This document shows positions 1 through 12,945 of a stretch of DNA of 60,623 bases, piece after piece. The notes under the pieces were generated by a model. That model worked only from the letters and a program-made list of their open reading frames with translations, did no database searches and was not told the origin of the DNA. Position 1 is the stretch's first letter; each line of letters starts with the position of its first letter. Source of the stretch: Saccostrea cucullata. Its lineage: Eukaryota. The translations under genes and the position numbers were made by a program. The stretch spans positions 124,001-184,623 of the forward strand of contig NW_026921564.1 of NCBI RefSeq assembly GCF_032062105.1. Reading direction: 5' to 3'.

Positions 1-148
1 GATGGGGATTTCTTGCTAACTCAGTATGCCTCCCATTTCTGGCCCTTCTACCATTATTAATGAAGATTATTTACAAAAGTCATATACAGTGCCTACTGAA
101 ACAAACAAAATTTGAGCTTTTACAAAGGGGTCATCCTCTTTATGGACA

Positions 149-150
<2 letters not shown>

Positions 151-190
<40 letters not shown>
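151..190. repeat. (TC)n microsatellite in dynein intron
   Basis: Perfect TC dinucleotide run. Confidence 0.95.
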
Positions 191-198
<8 letters not shown>

Positions 199-238
199 CA
201 TGTTTTATGAATATATAGTTCTCCTTTTGTGTCTGTAG

Positions 239-3200
239 ATGTTCTTGAATGACTACGATGAGCTTCCCCTCCCGGCTCTGACCTACTTAACAGGGGAATG
301 TAACTACGGAGGTCGAGTGACGGACGACAAAGATCGCCGTCTCCTTATGTCCATTCTCTCCATCTTCTACACGGAGCAAATCATCACCAACCCAGACTAC
401 AAGTAATTATGCTTAAAATAGAGGTCTTTTGTAATGAATAGAAGCAGTTCAAGGGATATTACTTGATAATCAGTCAAATTTTATTTTAACTAGAAATTTT
501 ATAATACCAACTGTCCTAGAGATGCAAAAAAAAATGAGTTATAAAATTTTTAACATTAATTTATGATTTTGTCAAGAGACTGAAGAAAATGAGCCTAAAG
601 GATTAAACAGCCCACCCCCCCCCCCCCCTCCCTCCCCAATCTTCAACCCGCTTGATGATTATCCTGTTTGCTTTTTCTTAGATTCTCCCCTAGTGGTTTA
701 TACTATGCCCCAGAGGAAGGCCCACACCAGAGTTATATAGATTATGTCAGGACGCTCCCCCTGAATCCACTCCCGGAAGTGTTTGGTCTTCACGAGAATG
801 CCGACATCACAAAGGACAACCAGGAAACACAGCTGGTAATGTCATACTGTAAACCTCAGATATAATAAAGAAGGTTTTACTGCAAATCTTATTTAAATCT
901 TGAGAGCTAATACATTCACTTGAAGCCCAATTTTTTATTTGTAAAATCACACAATATGTCTATGATTAACAGATTTTGACTTTAAAGAATATATCAGAGA
1001 GAGAAATTGAATGTCCAATATCAGTGTTAATGATTTCTTATTTCAGCTGTTTGATAACATTCTGTTGACCCTCCCTCGACAAGCCAACAAGGGAGGGAAA
1101 TCAACAGCTGACGTCATCCAGGACCTGGCCGCAGATATCCTGGGGAAACTACCCAAAGATTATGATATGGAATTTGTACGTATTCCCAATAGTATCAGAA
1201 TTCAAATAATTCAATAAGATACATGTATATCTCATATACCATTCAAGTATTTATCAGAATTAAATTTCTGTCTTATAAATTTTCAGCTCATCTTAGTGAA
1301 ATGAGCTTTGAAATCATTGAATACTTAGGTTTAACAGTGTTTTAGATTGCAGATATATGTAATAACAATTTCTTTTAACATCTTGCAGGTCATGAAAAAA
1401 TACCCAGTGTTGTACAATGAGTCCATGAACACAGTATTGAGACAGGAACTTATTCGCTTCAACCGTCTGACATCCGTGGTTCGCCAGTCGCTCATTAACC
1501 TACAGAAGGCCATCAAAGGTCTGGTGGTCATGTCATCAGAGTTAGAGGAGGTGTTCCAGAGCATGCTCATAGGAAAGGTCCCAGCTGTATGGGCGGCTAA
1601 GTCTTACCCCTCTCTCAAACCTCTGGGAAGCTACATCAATGATCTCATAGCTAGGTAAGAAAATCATCGATAGTACCATCTTGTTTTATATCATAGATTT
1701 TTGCTATAAATATTCTTTGATTAGCAAAAAGTGTGCATGTGCTGCAAAGATGTCTGTTGCAATTTGAAGATAAATGCTGCAATCTGAAGTTTTTTTGAGC
1801 TTTAATTATATCTTTTGTAGATTGAAGTTTTTCAGCGATTGGATTGACCATGGTGCCCCACCCACTTTCTGGTTGTCTGGGTTCTATTTCACACAGTCCT
1901 TCTTGACAGGTTTGCAGATTTTTTTCACGGTGGGGATGGTAGGGGGGATCATTTTTATTTTTTATTAAACGATGTAGATTGTTCTTTAGGAAATTATTAT
2001 TAAAAATTTCTTCATCTGATACAGGTGTCTCCCAGAATTATGCCAGAAAGTATACCATTCCTATTGATACAGTTGGCTTTGAATTTGCAATCTTGAAAGA
2101 GGAAAGACATATGGAGACCAAACCAGAGGATGGTGCTTATGTATATGTAAGTCATGAAAGGAATACCCCATATTGATCAATAACTAGCAATGCTGACAAC
2201 TAAAAGGGCCTTAGGCCAACTTAAAAAATTCTCTTTGCAATTGCAAAGAGCAGTGTCTAGGTACTTTTTAGTGGATTGGTAGGCAATGGCAAACAAACAA
2301 ATTTTTATGATAAATATACATATACATGTCAAAGAATTCTTAATTTTTTTTTATCATGCAATGTAATATTTACAGGGCCCTTCTTTATGCAATTTAATGT
2401 ATTGTTGATCTTTACAGGGTTTGTTCCTGGAGGGGGCACGCTGGGACAGGGACACTATGCTGATTGGAGAGTCCCTCCCCAAAATCCTCTTTGACCAGAT
2501 GCCATGTGTATCCTTTTTCATACCATTCTGTTCATAACATCCTGATAAAATCATGTTAAGAAGAATAGAAAAAGAGCAAGGTACAGTTTCAATACAAATA
2601 AAGCCCTATATTTTTCTAAAATATTAAAGTGATATTAGAAATCAAAATTCATTCTTTCTAAATCATAGGAATTCTCTGCAGTAAGAATACACAAATCGTT
2701 TTTCTCATATGACCTCCTAAATGCTAATTGTGACATCATTAACTTGTGCATTTTCCCGTATTTTCTTAGAAAGTTGCAGAAGACATCAATTTTCAGTGGA
2801 ATTTTCATTCAGAAAACATACTCTGCCACCGTCGCCCAAAGAGATTTTGAGATATGTGATTTTTCATAACAGTTTACATAATATATCCAAAAATTAAAGT
2901 GGGCGACGGTGGCAGAAACTATTTTCTAAAAGAAAATTAGCACAGAAATGAGTCATTTTGAGGTTTTTCTGCATTAAACTTAGAAATGTACCAAATTAAT
3001 GATGTCATATTTCCAGAAAGGTCCTCCTTCATGCCATATTCTTTAATGATTTATCATATTCATCTACTCAACTATTGTTAAAGCCAATTTCATAACTTTT
3101 TAAGAACATTAAATTTTTAGGGCACAATAAAGCTCAAACTGTACCTTCTTCTTTAAATACTTAAAATGACAAAAAGTGATTCTTTCAAATACCACCTGAA

Positions 3201-3573
3201 GATAACGCATGCAGAATATCGATAAGCTGCATTTTCCATTATCTGTTTCATTCAATTTTTGCTTTATTCTAATACACATACATGTAAACTGATGAAGATA
3301 CTAGCTATAATATTATATGCAATGTATATCATTTATGCAAATATTCCTCCTTAACTCCAATATTAGATCTGGTTGCAGCCCAACAGAATTGAGGACTTTG
3401 CTGACAAGAAGACCTACCGCTGCCCTGTGTACAAGACCAGTGCCAGGAGAGGTGTATTGTCCACCACTGGTCACTCCACAAACTTTGTGCTATTTATTGA
3501 ACTCCCCACAGACAAATCTCAAAACCACTGGATCAACCGAGGCGTGGCCAGTCTCTGTCAGCTGGATGACTGA
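239..3573 (+). CDS. DNAH3: Axonemal dynein heavy chain, 3' part (DNAH3-like inner-arm dynein); gene starts upstream of the window
   Basis: GT-AG exons 239-402, 682-835, 1047-1175, 1389-1654, 1821-1909, 2025-2146, 2418-2507 and 3367-3573 splice in frame. They give typical dynein C-terminal motifs ([86 protein letters not shown]) and end [15 protein letters not shown]. The family call is secure; DNAH3 versus DNAH7/12 rests on the remembered C-terminus. Confidence 0.93.
2624..3046. mobile_element. Degenerate palindromic MITE-like element in last dynein intron
   Basis: Ends TTAAAG...CTTTAA. Internal inverted arms TCTGCCACCGTCGCCCA/TGGGCGACGGTGGCAGA (~2822-2916) and TGACATCATTAA/TTAATGATGTCA. Confidence 0.5.
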
Positions 3574-4498
3574 GCAGTGATCCATGACTGTTGCTATGGA
3601 AACACAAGATTTTTTTTTATATGAAGATGCATTCACACCGATTTTGTCTGTTTTTCATGAAAAATATACAGTCATTAAAAAAAAATGTTAAATAATTCCA
3701 TGTCGTATTTGTGCCAATCCATTACTTTGTTAGTTTTAATTTATACCTGTAGGAAATCCTATGTTACAGTGATAATAACTGTGTGATAATAATGTTTAAA
3801 GCTATTATTTTTTTCCTATAATATTATATATATCATAGTCTCTGCTGAGTACAATGTGACGTCTGCTGATCTGTCCATATTTTTAAAAATATTATTTATA
3901 GTGTGTGTGCCTTCATTCTCACCATTGTTGTGACATAATGGGATCAAATTTACAAATTTTGAATATTATAAACCGTCCTTGAATTTGTAGAGAAAACCAT
4001 GCATTGTAATCAAAGAGGACATTCTTCACTGGCATTACAATAATATTAATATTGTTTATTACATGTAATTTGTAATTCCTCAGCTATTTTGTGCTGAAAT
4101 CTAACTGTGATATTTCCAACAATTATATATAATGTATACATGTGTTTACTTGTTAACTGTTTTGTGAGGTAGAATACATTCTATGCCTGTATCAAGTGTT
4201 ATTTGTATCCCATTTTGAGTCACTTTATATCTTAAATGATCAATTTGCTGCTCTTTTTCCTTCACTACTTCAATACAAACTGATTTGTATAAAAAGAATG
4301 ATTTAATTGATCATTATGGTTTTTAAAGCAAAAAAAAAAAACTTGTGTGCCTTTAAAATTTTTTTTTTTCAGCAGGTACATATAAATATTTGCAGTGATA
4401 ATGCAGTCTTCCCTTTGATATTTTAAAAGTTTTGACTGCTGTAAACCTTACATTAAACTGCTTCACTTTTCTCATGTTGTTTGATACAGTTGGCTGTG

Positions 4499-4504
4499 AA
4501 TAAA
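4499..4504 (+). terminator. Candidate polyadenylation signal of dynein gene
   Basis: AATAAA about 930 nt after the stop codon; usage not demonstrated. Confidence 0.45.
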
Positions 4505-6736
4505 AGTAAAAAAAAATTATATATTGAGATTTTTATTTGAAAATTCTCTTTGATACAGCGATTTTGAAGTCATTCTGGTTACCATTTACATAGTTACTTT
4601 GGGAGGATACTTGGGGTATTTATAAGTCTCCTACTAGAGGGGACTATATGTTTCCTTTCCTTTTTTGTTTGTCTTTTACTCTGTTAGCCAGTCTTTCACA
4701 CTAATTTAGCTAAGATCATCAATTCCTGCATTTAAAAAAATGTGAAATTCCCAACTAGTAACAATTATCTTTGGTGTGTCAAAGTTTCAAGAGCTATTTC
4801 ATTAGTTGAAACACATTACATGCATTCCCAAATTTGGTTCCATGACCTGCTTTTGATCCAGGAATAACTACATCAAGTAGATGCATTACTGAAAAGTTTC
4901 TTCAAGTACTCATCTAATCTACCAGTTTACAATCTGATATTTTCATCAAAAGAAACATGAACAATAATTATCATGTGTTATATTTAATAAATGTATATTA
5001 AACAAAATTATCTAAAAATTACATTTTGCTGATATTATAAATACAGTTGATATACATGATGTTTCTTTTAAAAAATCCAATTATTATATGAAATTTTTCC
5101 CAGAAAAAAATGTACATGTAGTATGCAAGTTAAATCGAATTTTTTTCCCGCAAATTACATGTATACCAACTAAAATTGTTTTGTTTTGTTTTTGTTTTTT
5201 TTGGTAAACCAAATATATGCACATTTTTACAACTTTGAATCATAGGTATTTTGTATGTAAACTATCAAAACAGAGGCAATATAAAATTGGTCATGAAATA
5301 ACTATATGAATAAAAATGAAAATGAATTTCCTATCACAAATACACTCATTTCCAAAGTAGGTTTTATCTGAAAATATATACATAATAAAAATGCATGTAT
5401 AAAAATTTAATCAAACCTTTTTATGAGCTTTATACAGAGACATGATTTTAGATGTTTGTTCTTAAAAAAACATTCAAGCCTTTTGAAGGAGAAGCTATAA
5501 TGTACTGTGCTAAGTTTACAAAATGTGATTAAAATATGAAAAAAAATCTACATCTCCACTATATATATATATTCATGTACAATATGGAATGTTGATAGTA
5601 TGTATATCAAAATATCTTCTCATTATATACAGGATTTTGTCTCTCTTTCACACTATGATTGTCTCTTCATTGCTGTGTTGTGGTTTCTCCATATTAACCA
5701 TCGATTTTTAAATAAAGTTCAATTTAGGCAATATGGAAATATATACATGTACCTCCAATATTGACAAAAGCACTTTGATAAAAAAAAGGAGGGATTTTGA
5801 TTTTAACTCAAATGTATGATTTAAAAATCCCATCACAACAATGAAAAAGAAAATCAGAATTTTTAACAATCATTCATTTTCAAATAAAATAACAAACACA
5901 CAAAATACACACAGCATTAAGAATATATACACCTGATATGTTTTGATATGGTGTGGGGGCAACATGCTACCCCTTGGTTTAAGCAATAGCTTGCAAACCT
6001 TGCATCCACATTCAGAATCATTCTCACTCTATATAATCACAAATTTTCTCCTCATTCACACATCTTACTGATTACAAGCATTTAATCATGCACATTGATT
6101 ACCTTTTTATAACTTTTCACAAAAAAATTATCATTCAGAATTCACTTGATACATATAAAGCATCATAATTGCTCTTCACACTACATCAACTACACAGGCC
6201 TTGTATACAACATCTTGTGTATAAAATTTTATCACAAATTTATTTCGGGATTATTGGACGTTGAAGATTATTATATTTAAATGAGTCAGTATTCTTTGGG
6301 AATCATGGTTTATTATGGAAAAAATCATTACAATCAAATGTAATTTGAAAAAAATAAAATCATGTTGAAAAATAAAAAAAAAACCCAACTTCTGAGTACA
6401 CCTAATCAATTGAGAATAACAAGAAAGTGTCAAAGATAGTACGATTACTAATTAAGATGTCATTAATTGAAACCACTAAATAAATTAACGTTTACAGGTT
6501 TGCATAGGGGAAAAGTGATGGGGATGCTTTTTAATCACATCGCCTTTTCTTTCAAAACTACTTGCTAACCAATATACTTCATACAAAACTAGAAATTTTT
6601 AATATAATATTTTAAATTTTATCATAATTTATCAACAAATTTCCTATGCTCTGTCAAAGCTAGATAAAAAAACAAATATTTAGAAAATTTTCTGTAAGGG
6701 AATGATGAATCTGACTCTTAGATAATTATGTTTTGG

Positions 6737-8349
6737 TTATAGGAATCTTCGGAGCAAATATCCAACAAAAACCATGGCAACAGCTGTAAATGACATCTTC
6801 ACTTGTCCGGCTCCGTTACAATTGTTCGATTCACAGTAGCAGATCTCCTTAAATACACCCACTGTATCCCACTGCCAACGGCAACCCCAAGCCACTCCTG
6901 AAATTAATTTACATACAAATAAATGCAATGTTACATAAAATTGAAAGGCATACTTAGAATTAAATTCGTCAACAGGGATGTGTTGTGAGATAAGTTTTAT
7001 AGTCTTCCAATCTTAACAAAAGACAATGTCTCAATATTTCACTAAGTTTTTTTTTATTCATTTATTATGTATAGATATGCAAGTCAATCTGATATACTTA
7101 GGTTTTAATATTAAGCTTTAAGAAAAATGCCTCAAATTCAAGGATATATACAGTCAAACCTTGTTATCTCAACTCAATGGGACCATTGAGATAACAAAGC
7201 TATCTCCAGATTTCAAGATCGACAGAGCTTTTATGTCTTATACATACCCTGATCTGTCCTTGACCCACATCTTCTTGTGATCTTTTTCCAACCTCTCCCT
7301 TCATGAAAAAATAATACAATTTTAATGTTCCCAAACAACAGAGAACATATACGAATATTTTGATACATGCTTACAGAAATTGTTCCAAGTTGTTCACTTG
7401 AGTTATATACATGAGATGACAATTGCACATTAGTTTCATGTAGTTTGATTTTTTTTAAAAATAATTTTTATTAAGATATTGTGTAAAAAGTGTAAAAATA
7501 TTTACATCCTGGACTTTCCTGGGTGATTTTCATACAGAACTGTCCAGGGGTGTTGGCCTCGAAGCTGTTGCAGTTGATGGGTGCATTAACTTCTTTATCA
7601 AAGGCCTCATAGGATGGACATGACAAATCTTCATTACTGTCACATTGGTAACACTGAATTGCTTGGGCTGAAATATTAAACAATCAAAACTTCAAAAAAT
7701 ATATCTTTTTAATTCAGATTATGATGTACAGTGAAACCTGTCTAATCTCACATGCACTAAGGGAGACAAATTAATTTTGTGTCAGAATAGACAGGTTGTT
7801 GGATTATAGCACGGCTAGTAGAAAATAAGTAAAATGGGAAATAAATTTTATGTCAGAATTGACAGTGTGACGGATTGTACAGTTGCTGGATTAGACAGTT
7901 TTCATTGTATTTCTAAATTAATGAAAAAAATATATCTTCAGCTTTATGTCTACTTTCATAATCAAACCTGAAGATAATAACACATTTATTCATTCTGTAA
8001 TTCACCAATTGTATAATTTACAGATTTACCTGAATAATGGAAAATTTGAATAACTGTTCTTAAAACTAATTATAATCAAGAGCTTAGTTATAATAAATTA
8101 AACGAAAGGTTTTTGTTTCAAATACCGGAAGTAAAGTTTTGTAAACATTCTCAATGCATGACACACCTGAACAGGTGAGATATTTTAAAAGATTTTACTG
8201 AAATCGTCAGATATGTAGGCAAAATAAATCCTTAATTTTATCTATTGTTAAAAATATAAAAAGAGACACCAATAAACATATTAACCTGTTTGTAGTTGTG
8301 AAATAATGCCCAGTAACGCTACCCAGGCGATGGCCTGGCGAACCATCAT
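6737..8349 (-). CDS. Ly6/uPAR three-finger (Quiver/Sleepless-type) GPI-anchored protein A, 145 aa
   Basis: Exons 8349-8286, 7667-7506, 7298-7248 and 6897-6737 (all phase-1 introns) give MMVRQAIAWVALLGIISQLQTAQA-IQCYQCDS...FCMK...RRCGS...GCRW...EICYCESNNCN-GAGQVKMSFTAVAMVFVGYLLRRFL. Signal peptide, 10 Cys, CxC...CN end motif and hydrophobic GPI-type tail. Confidence 0.9.
7729..7907. mobile_element. Tc1/mariner-type MITE in intron 1 of Ly6 gene A
   Basis: TA|CAGTGAAACCTGTCTAATC ... GATTAGACAGTTTTCATTG|TA: terminal inverted repeats with TA flanks. Confidence 0.7.
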
Positions 8350-8784
8350 GGCGCTTTTCCTTTACGAATTGTTGACAGGTGGCGCTGGTAGAATTTGAAT
8401 TTTACCTGCGAAGTTTACCTGGGAAACACGAGGCGCGGATCTTTCTTTTTAAATACAAAATTAAATTTTCTATCGAATGTCTTCTTATATGTTGATGAAT
8501 CACCATAAAAATGCAGTCAAATGTTAGCATAGTGCATGTTGTGGGAAGACTAATTTTTTTTCCAATGATGCTGATCGATAGAGATGGGGGGGGGGGGGTT
8601 TCAAGAAAATATGCGTTGAAACTTGAAAGTAAGTATTTGTCAAACAAGAGAGAAATTTTGACATCCTACAAAGAAAGTAAGACTAAGAATTTTCAAATAT
8701 TTTATTAGGTGCCAAATTAATTCTATTTTAAAAATGGTAATTAAGTTCTTATCTTTTTTCTTTCTTTCTGTTATTCATTTATCT

Positions 8785-8788
<4 letters not shown>

Positions 8789-8858
<70 letters not shown>
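8789..8858. repeat. (TC)n microsatellite
   Basis: About 70 bp perfect TC run in the Ly6 intergenic region. Confidence 0.95.
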
Positions 8859-8861
<3 letters not shown>

Positions 8862-10639
8862 CTCTCATTCAGCACATGTATACCAAGCAGTGAGTTCGAT
8901 CAAAGCCGGCACTTAGGGTATGACCCCCCCCCCCCTTCCCCTTTTCCATTTTTTTTTTTAAGAATGTGGGTTCGATGCATGCATGTACAGTACAAAATTA
9001 CTCTTTTATTAAAAGTTAATTAATTTGTTATATTGAATATGGTTTTACAGATCAAGCTATTAGCATTATATTAAATTTATATATATACGCAGCCGAAGTT
9101 TTACAAAAATAAATATTTTCTTCAGTGAAAATGCAATTAGGAAAAGACTTGTAAGAATGGGGAGCCCAAAAGAAGAGGAACAACTGTCCATTGGAAGAGG
9201 AAATAAAATACGTAATTGTTTCATCATCATCCCCCGAATTACGCATTGGAATGCCCAGAGACCTACAAACAACAAAGAGACAGTTTATTTCTTTCCTTTT
9301 TATTTGCAAAAATTTGGAAATTATATTGATTAAATTTTATCATAACATTTAGAAATTAATTTCTTGCATGTACATGTTGCCCTTTCGGAGTTTCCTCCAG
9401 AATCTTCAAGTTTGCCGCATAAGCTTAGTGCGTATCTAAGAAACATGCACGTGTTTTGAAACAGAGACAATTATACGAACCAATTAACATAGGAGATGTG
9501 TACCAATGTGGGGGAAGAAAAAAAGGGAAAGAAAAAAAAATTTTCTCTTTCTTTTGTTACTTGATACCACCTTCAGATGTAAAGTGTACGTGAAACTTTT
9601 CTTGACACTTTACGCAAAAGTTGGTGTAGATTGTACATGGAATTTTGCAATGACGCTGTACACTTTGTACACTCTTTGTTTCAAGTGTAGCTTGTCATTG
9701 AGTTTCGTTGAAAATGCTGTACACGTTACACACATAACATTAATGTAAATTGACGGCCGCTATCGGCCATAGTAGTTTTTAAATATATATCGTTTTCGAC
9801 TAATACATAAAAAGAGGAGGAGGCTGCAACTATTTTGAAATCGTCGCCTGCCTCACCTGGTGACTGATTATTTATCTGTTTATCCAAAGCCTAAGAAAAC
9901 GGAATATGCATGCATCAATTTATTATTTGTTGTTCACCCATGAGTGCACTCCAACTAAATTCATCCTAGATGCGGGTGATTCAATCTAAATATTTACAAA
10001 TCGGGGCATATGAAATTAAATGGCAATATGAAAAGCAAGAAGAATGTATAACACATTGATTGATCTTCGAAAATAAATCTTATGGACATTCCAGCAATTA
10101 ATTCTTTTGAAACTGCACAAATTAAACTTTTTTGAAAAGCAAGGGATATCGGGTGGTTATTAACCTTCCGACTGGACAGGACTGGTGAGTGAGGTTGTCA
10201 TAAATAAAACTCGATATATTGTTGATTTCAATTTTTGCCCGTTGTTGTTTTAAATTAATTTAAAAAAATTATAGACATGATAGAATAAACATTAATTAAT
10301 TTGATCAGCTTATTAAAAAAATTATTTTGTACTTAATTTTAATTTAATCTAATCAGGGACCTATATACTAGTATACAAGTTCCTGAATTGATTTAATTAA
10401 TTTTTTTAATTTAATTTCACTAGGTTGGTATCAAATCTCCTGTATATGTTATGTTGCTTAAAAGATAACGCTTTCTTGCCTACTTTAATCCTTCTAGTCC
10501 ATATTTCTGCACTCTGTGAGAAGTCTTTGTTATTTTATGTAAACATACCAGTCCAACAAAAAAAGTAGACAAATCAGTTTGCGTAATAGTTAGTAATGTT
10601 TCGCAATATTTGTCTCGGGATCGAAAGTTTACAAAGGAA

Positions 10640-10660
10640 TGACGTCACATGGCGCATGCG
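10640..10660 (+). promoter_or_regulatory. Candidate proximal promoter of Ly6 gene B (CRE, E-box, NRF1-like site)
   Basis: TGACGTCA (10640-10647) overlaps CACATG and is followed by GCGCATGCG, 65-85 nt upstream of the ATG at 10724. Confidence 0.45.
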
Positions 10661-10723
10661 TAGTCCTTCCTAGTTTGGCTTGCTAACTTTTCTGGACGAC
10701 CTACACGAAGGTGCAGTCTAAAA

Positions 10724-12945
10724 ATGTACAAAATACTTACCATTTTGGGAGTTGCTCTGGCAGCATTTTTATTTTTTGAATTTGGTAAGTTGTATGTTTG
10801 CTTTTCATAATATTGAAATATGTTTTTCCGGTTTAAATGGGATTTTGAGACACTTGTAAACACCTGCAAAAATTCAAGATTATTATAAGAATCTTTCTAT
10901 TAAAGGGCGCTTTCTTTTCACGTTTTGAATTTTCTTTTTATCATGTTACTATCGTTAGTTTTGAACCTATTTTTTCTTTGACAACAAATCTTTTTAAAGG
11001 CATCTCGTAGAGTTAAAGATATTACCATACCTGTAAAATATAGGTCAAATGACCTTCACAATGAAGGTCGCTTTGGTTTCCGCTCCATTTCAGGTTCATC
11101 ATAGTGTATGTGTAAAAATGTCAATATATATCATAATGCTTGGTGTCTTTTTCATTTCTGACTTCTATGGTTTTTTTCCCCCAATGAAAAGCACTCTACG
11201 AAAAAAAAAATATCCAGGGGTATCCAGTTTTTGTTCTTTTTACAGTTTTATATAGAATAAATAGTTATGATTAGAAAATATGTAATTATAGATCAAGTTC
11301 AGTTTATAAAATGGGACTTTAATTGTGGATGGTGCAGAAATATACTTATACGATGTATGAATATCATTACAACATTCTTGATATGTTAACGTTGTGCAGA
11401 TATTTGATTTATATGTATCGAAGAAATAACTTTTATTTCTATAAGTCTCTCCAAACAATATCTACTTGCATTTTAGTTTTACGAATAAATATATATATAT
11501 ATAATCTCATGAACATAATGTAATTATTATCATTTTTAAAAATTGTCCTTTAGACATGGTAGAAATGACATGACATTAAAATGTCCTTCTTGTCCTTTTG
11601 AGAAATGCATGATAGTTGCCACATCTAAATATAGTACACTTGTAGAGTTTTTACCTGAGGGAGTTGTTTAGTCTTTGTCAAGATTTATGGTTAGAAGCCC
11701 TATCTCCTTGCTCAAGAATGGGCCTAAAGTTTATTGGAGGAATTAAAAATTAGTGAATTATTATTTTTTTTTTTTTTTTTGGTTAAATTATATTACCTTA
11801 AACATTATTAAAAGGATTTTTTAAATGAAATAATGAGTTTGGAAGAGACCATATCACATTCCATTAAAATGATTAAATTGTTATATTTTATAAATAGTGA
11901 AATGCATTGCAAGATAAATGCTGCCAAAATTCATTTTCAATTTGTCTTCAAAACTTTCTTTTTCACAAAAAAATCTACCAGTTCTTACACACAGTTATAT
12001 GCATGAAAGATCTCATTTACATTGTTCCTATATTTTGCATTAATCAATGTCAAACTTGGTGTGTTTTGTAAGTCACATGAAGTTGTAACTTCCTGATGTT
12101 TTTAAAGCTGTGTTAAATTAAATCTATAAATGTACAATTTTGGAAATAATTCCATTTATAGATTACTCGTTAGTTATTAAATGCCTTAAAGTAAATGCAT
12201 GTTCATTAAACATATAAGAAGTTGTTTATAGATATATAATATATGTATAGGGAACTTTACCTGTAGACAGTAGTACTTTAAGATGTCTTGACAATTTCAG
12301 CTAAATTTATCCATTTTTTTTCTTTTTCAGGAAATGCCATCCAGTGTTACCAGTGTAATTCCTATTTCCAGCAGGACTGTGCTGATTACTTTAACAACCA
12401 CTCACATGCCCTCGTAGACTGTGGTGAAAATGTTACTATGTGTAGGAAAATTGTCCAGGAAGGTAAGAAGCGGTCAAGATCTATTGTATTCATTCAAGCA
12501 TGACAAATAACAAGGGGAAAAAGAGACTTTTTTTATCTCTATGAAATGAAAAAAAATTTTTTTCGGGAAATACTTTAAATACTGTTTGTGATTAAGTAAG
12601 CAAACTGATATTGTTTCAGTTTGATGATATATTAATAAACAATTGAAATCTGTCCTCAGTGAAAAATTAAGAGAAATGCAATGTTTGTTAATTTTTCTTT
12701 CAGTATATTACAACGATGAATGGAATGTGCGTTACATCCGTCAGTGCGCTCCAAGTGGAGAAATCGGGGACGACGAAGGCCGAGTCTGCAAGGAGAGAAC
12801 TGGAACGTACCGAGTCAAGATGAAGTACTGTCACTGTGGAAACCAGAAGGGATGCAACAGCGCCACCAGCATACAGTTGTCTCTTCTGATGATGCTCCTT
12901 CCAGTCGTAGCTGCCATTAAATCTCAATTTTCACATCTCTTATGA
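10724..12945 (+). CDS. Ly6/uPAR three-finger GPI-anchored protein B (Crooked/Quiver-like), 144 aa
   Basis: Exons 10724-10784, 12331-12462 and 12704-12945 (phase-1 introns) give MYKILTILGVALAAFLFFEFGNA-IQCYQCNS...MCRKIVQE...YIRQCA...VCKERTGTYRVKMKYCHCGNQKGCN-SATSIQLSLLMMLLPVVAAIKSQFSHLL. Signal peptide, 10 Cys and hydrophobic tail. Confidence 0.92.

Noticed and set aside
668-3580. Short ORFs as separate genes
   Set aside because: They are dynein exons with intron read-through, or alternative frames.
8734-8916. ORF with poly-SL tract
   Set aside because: Translation of the (TC)n microsatellite.
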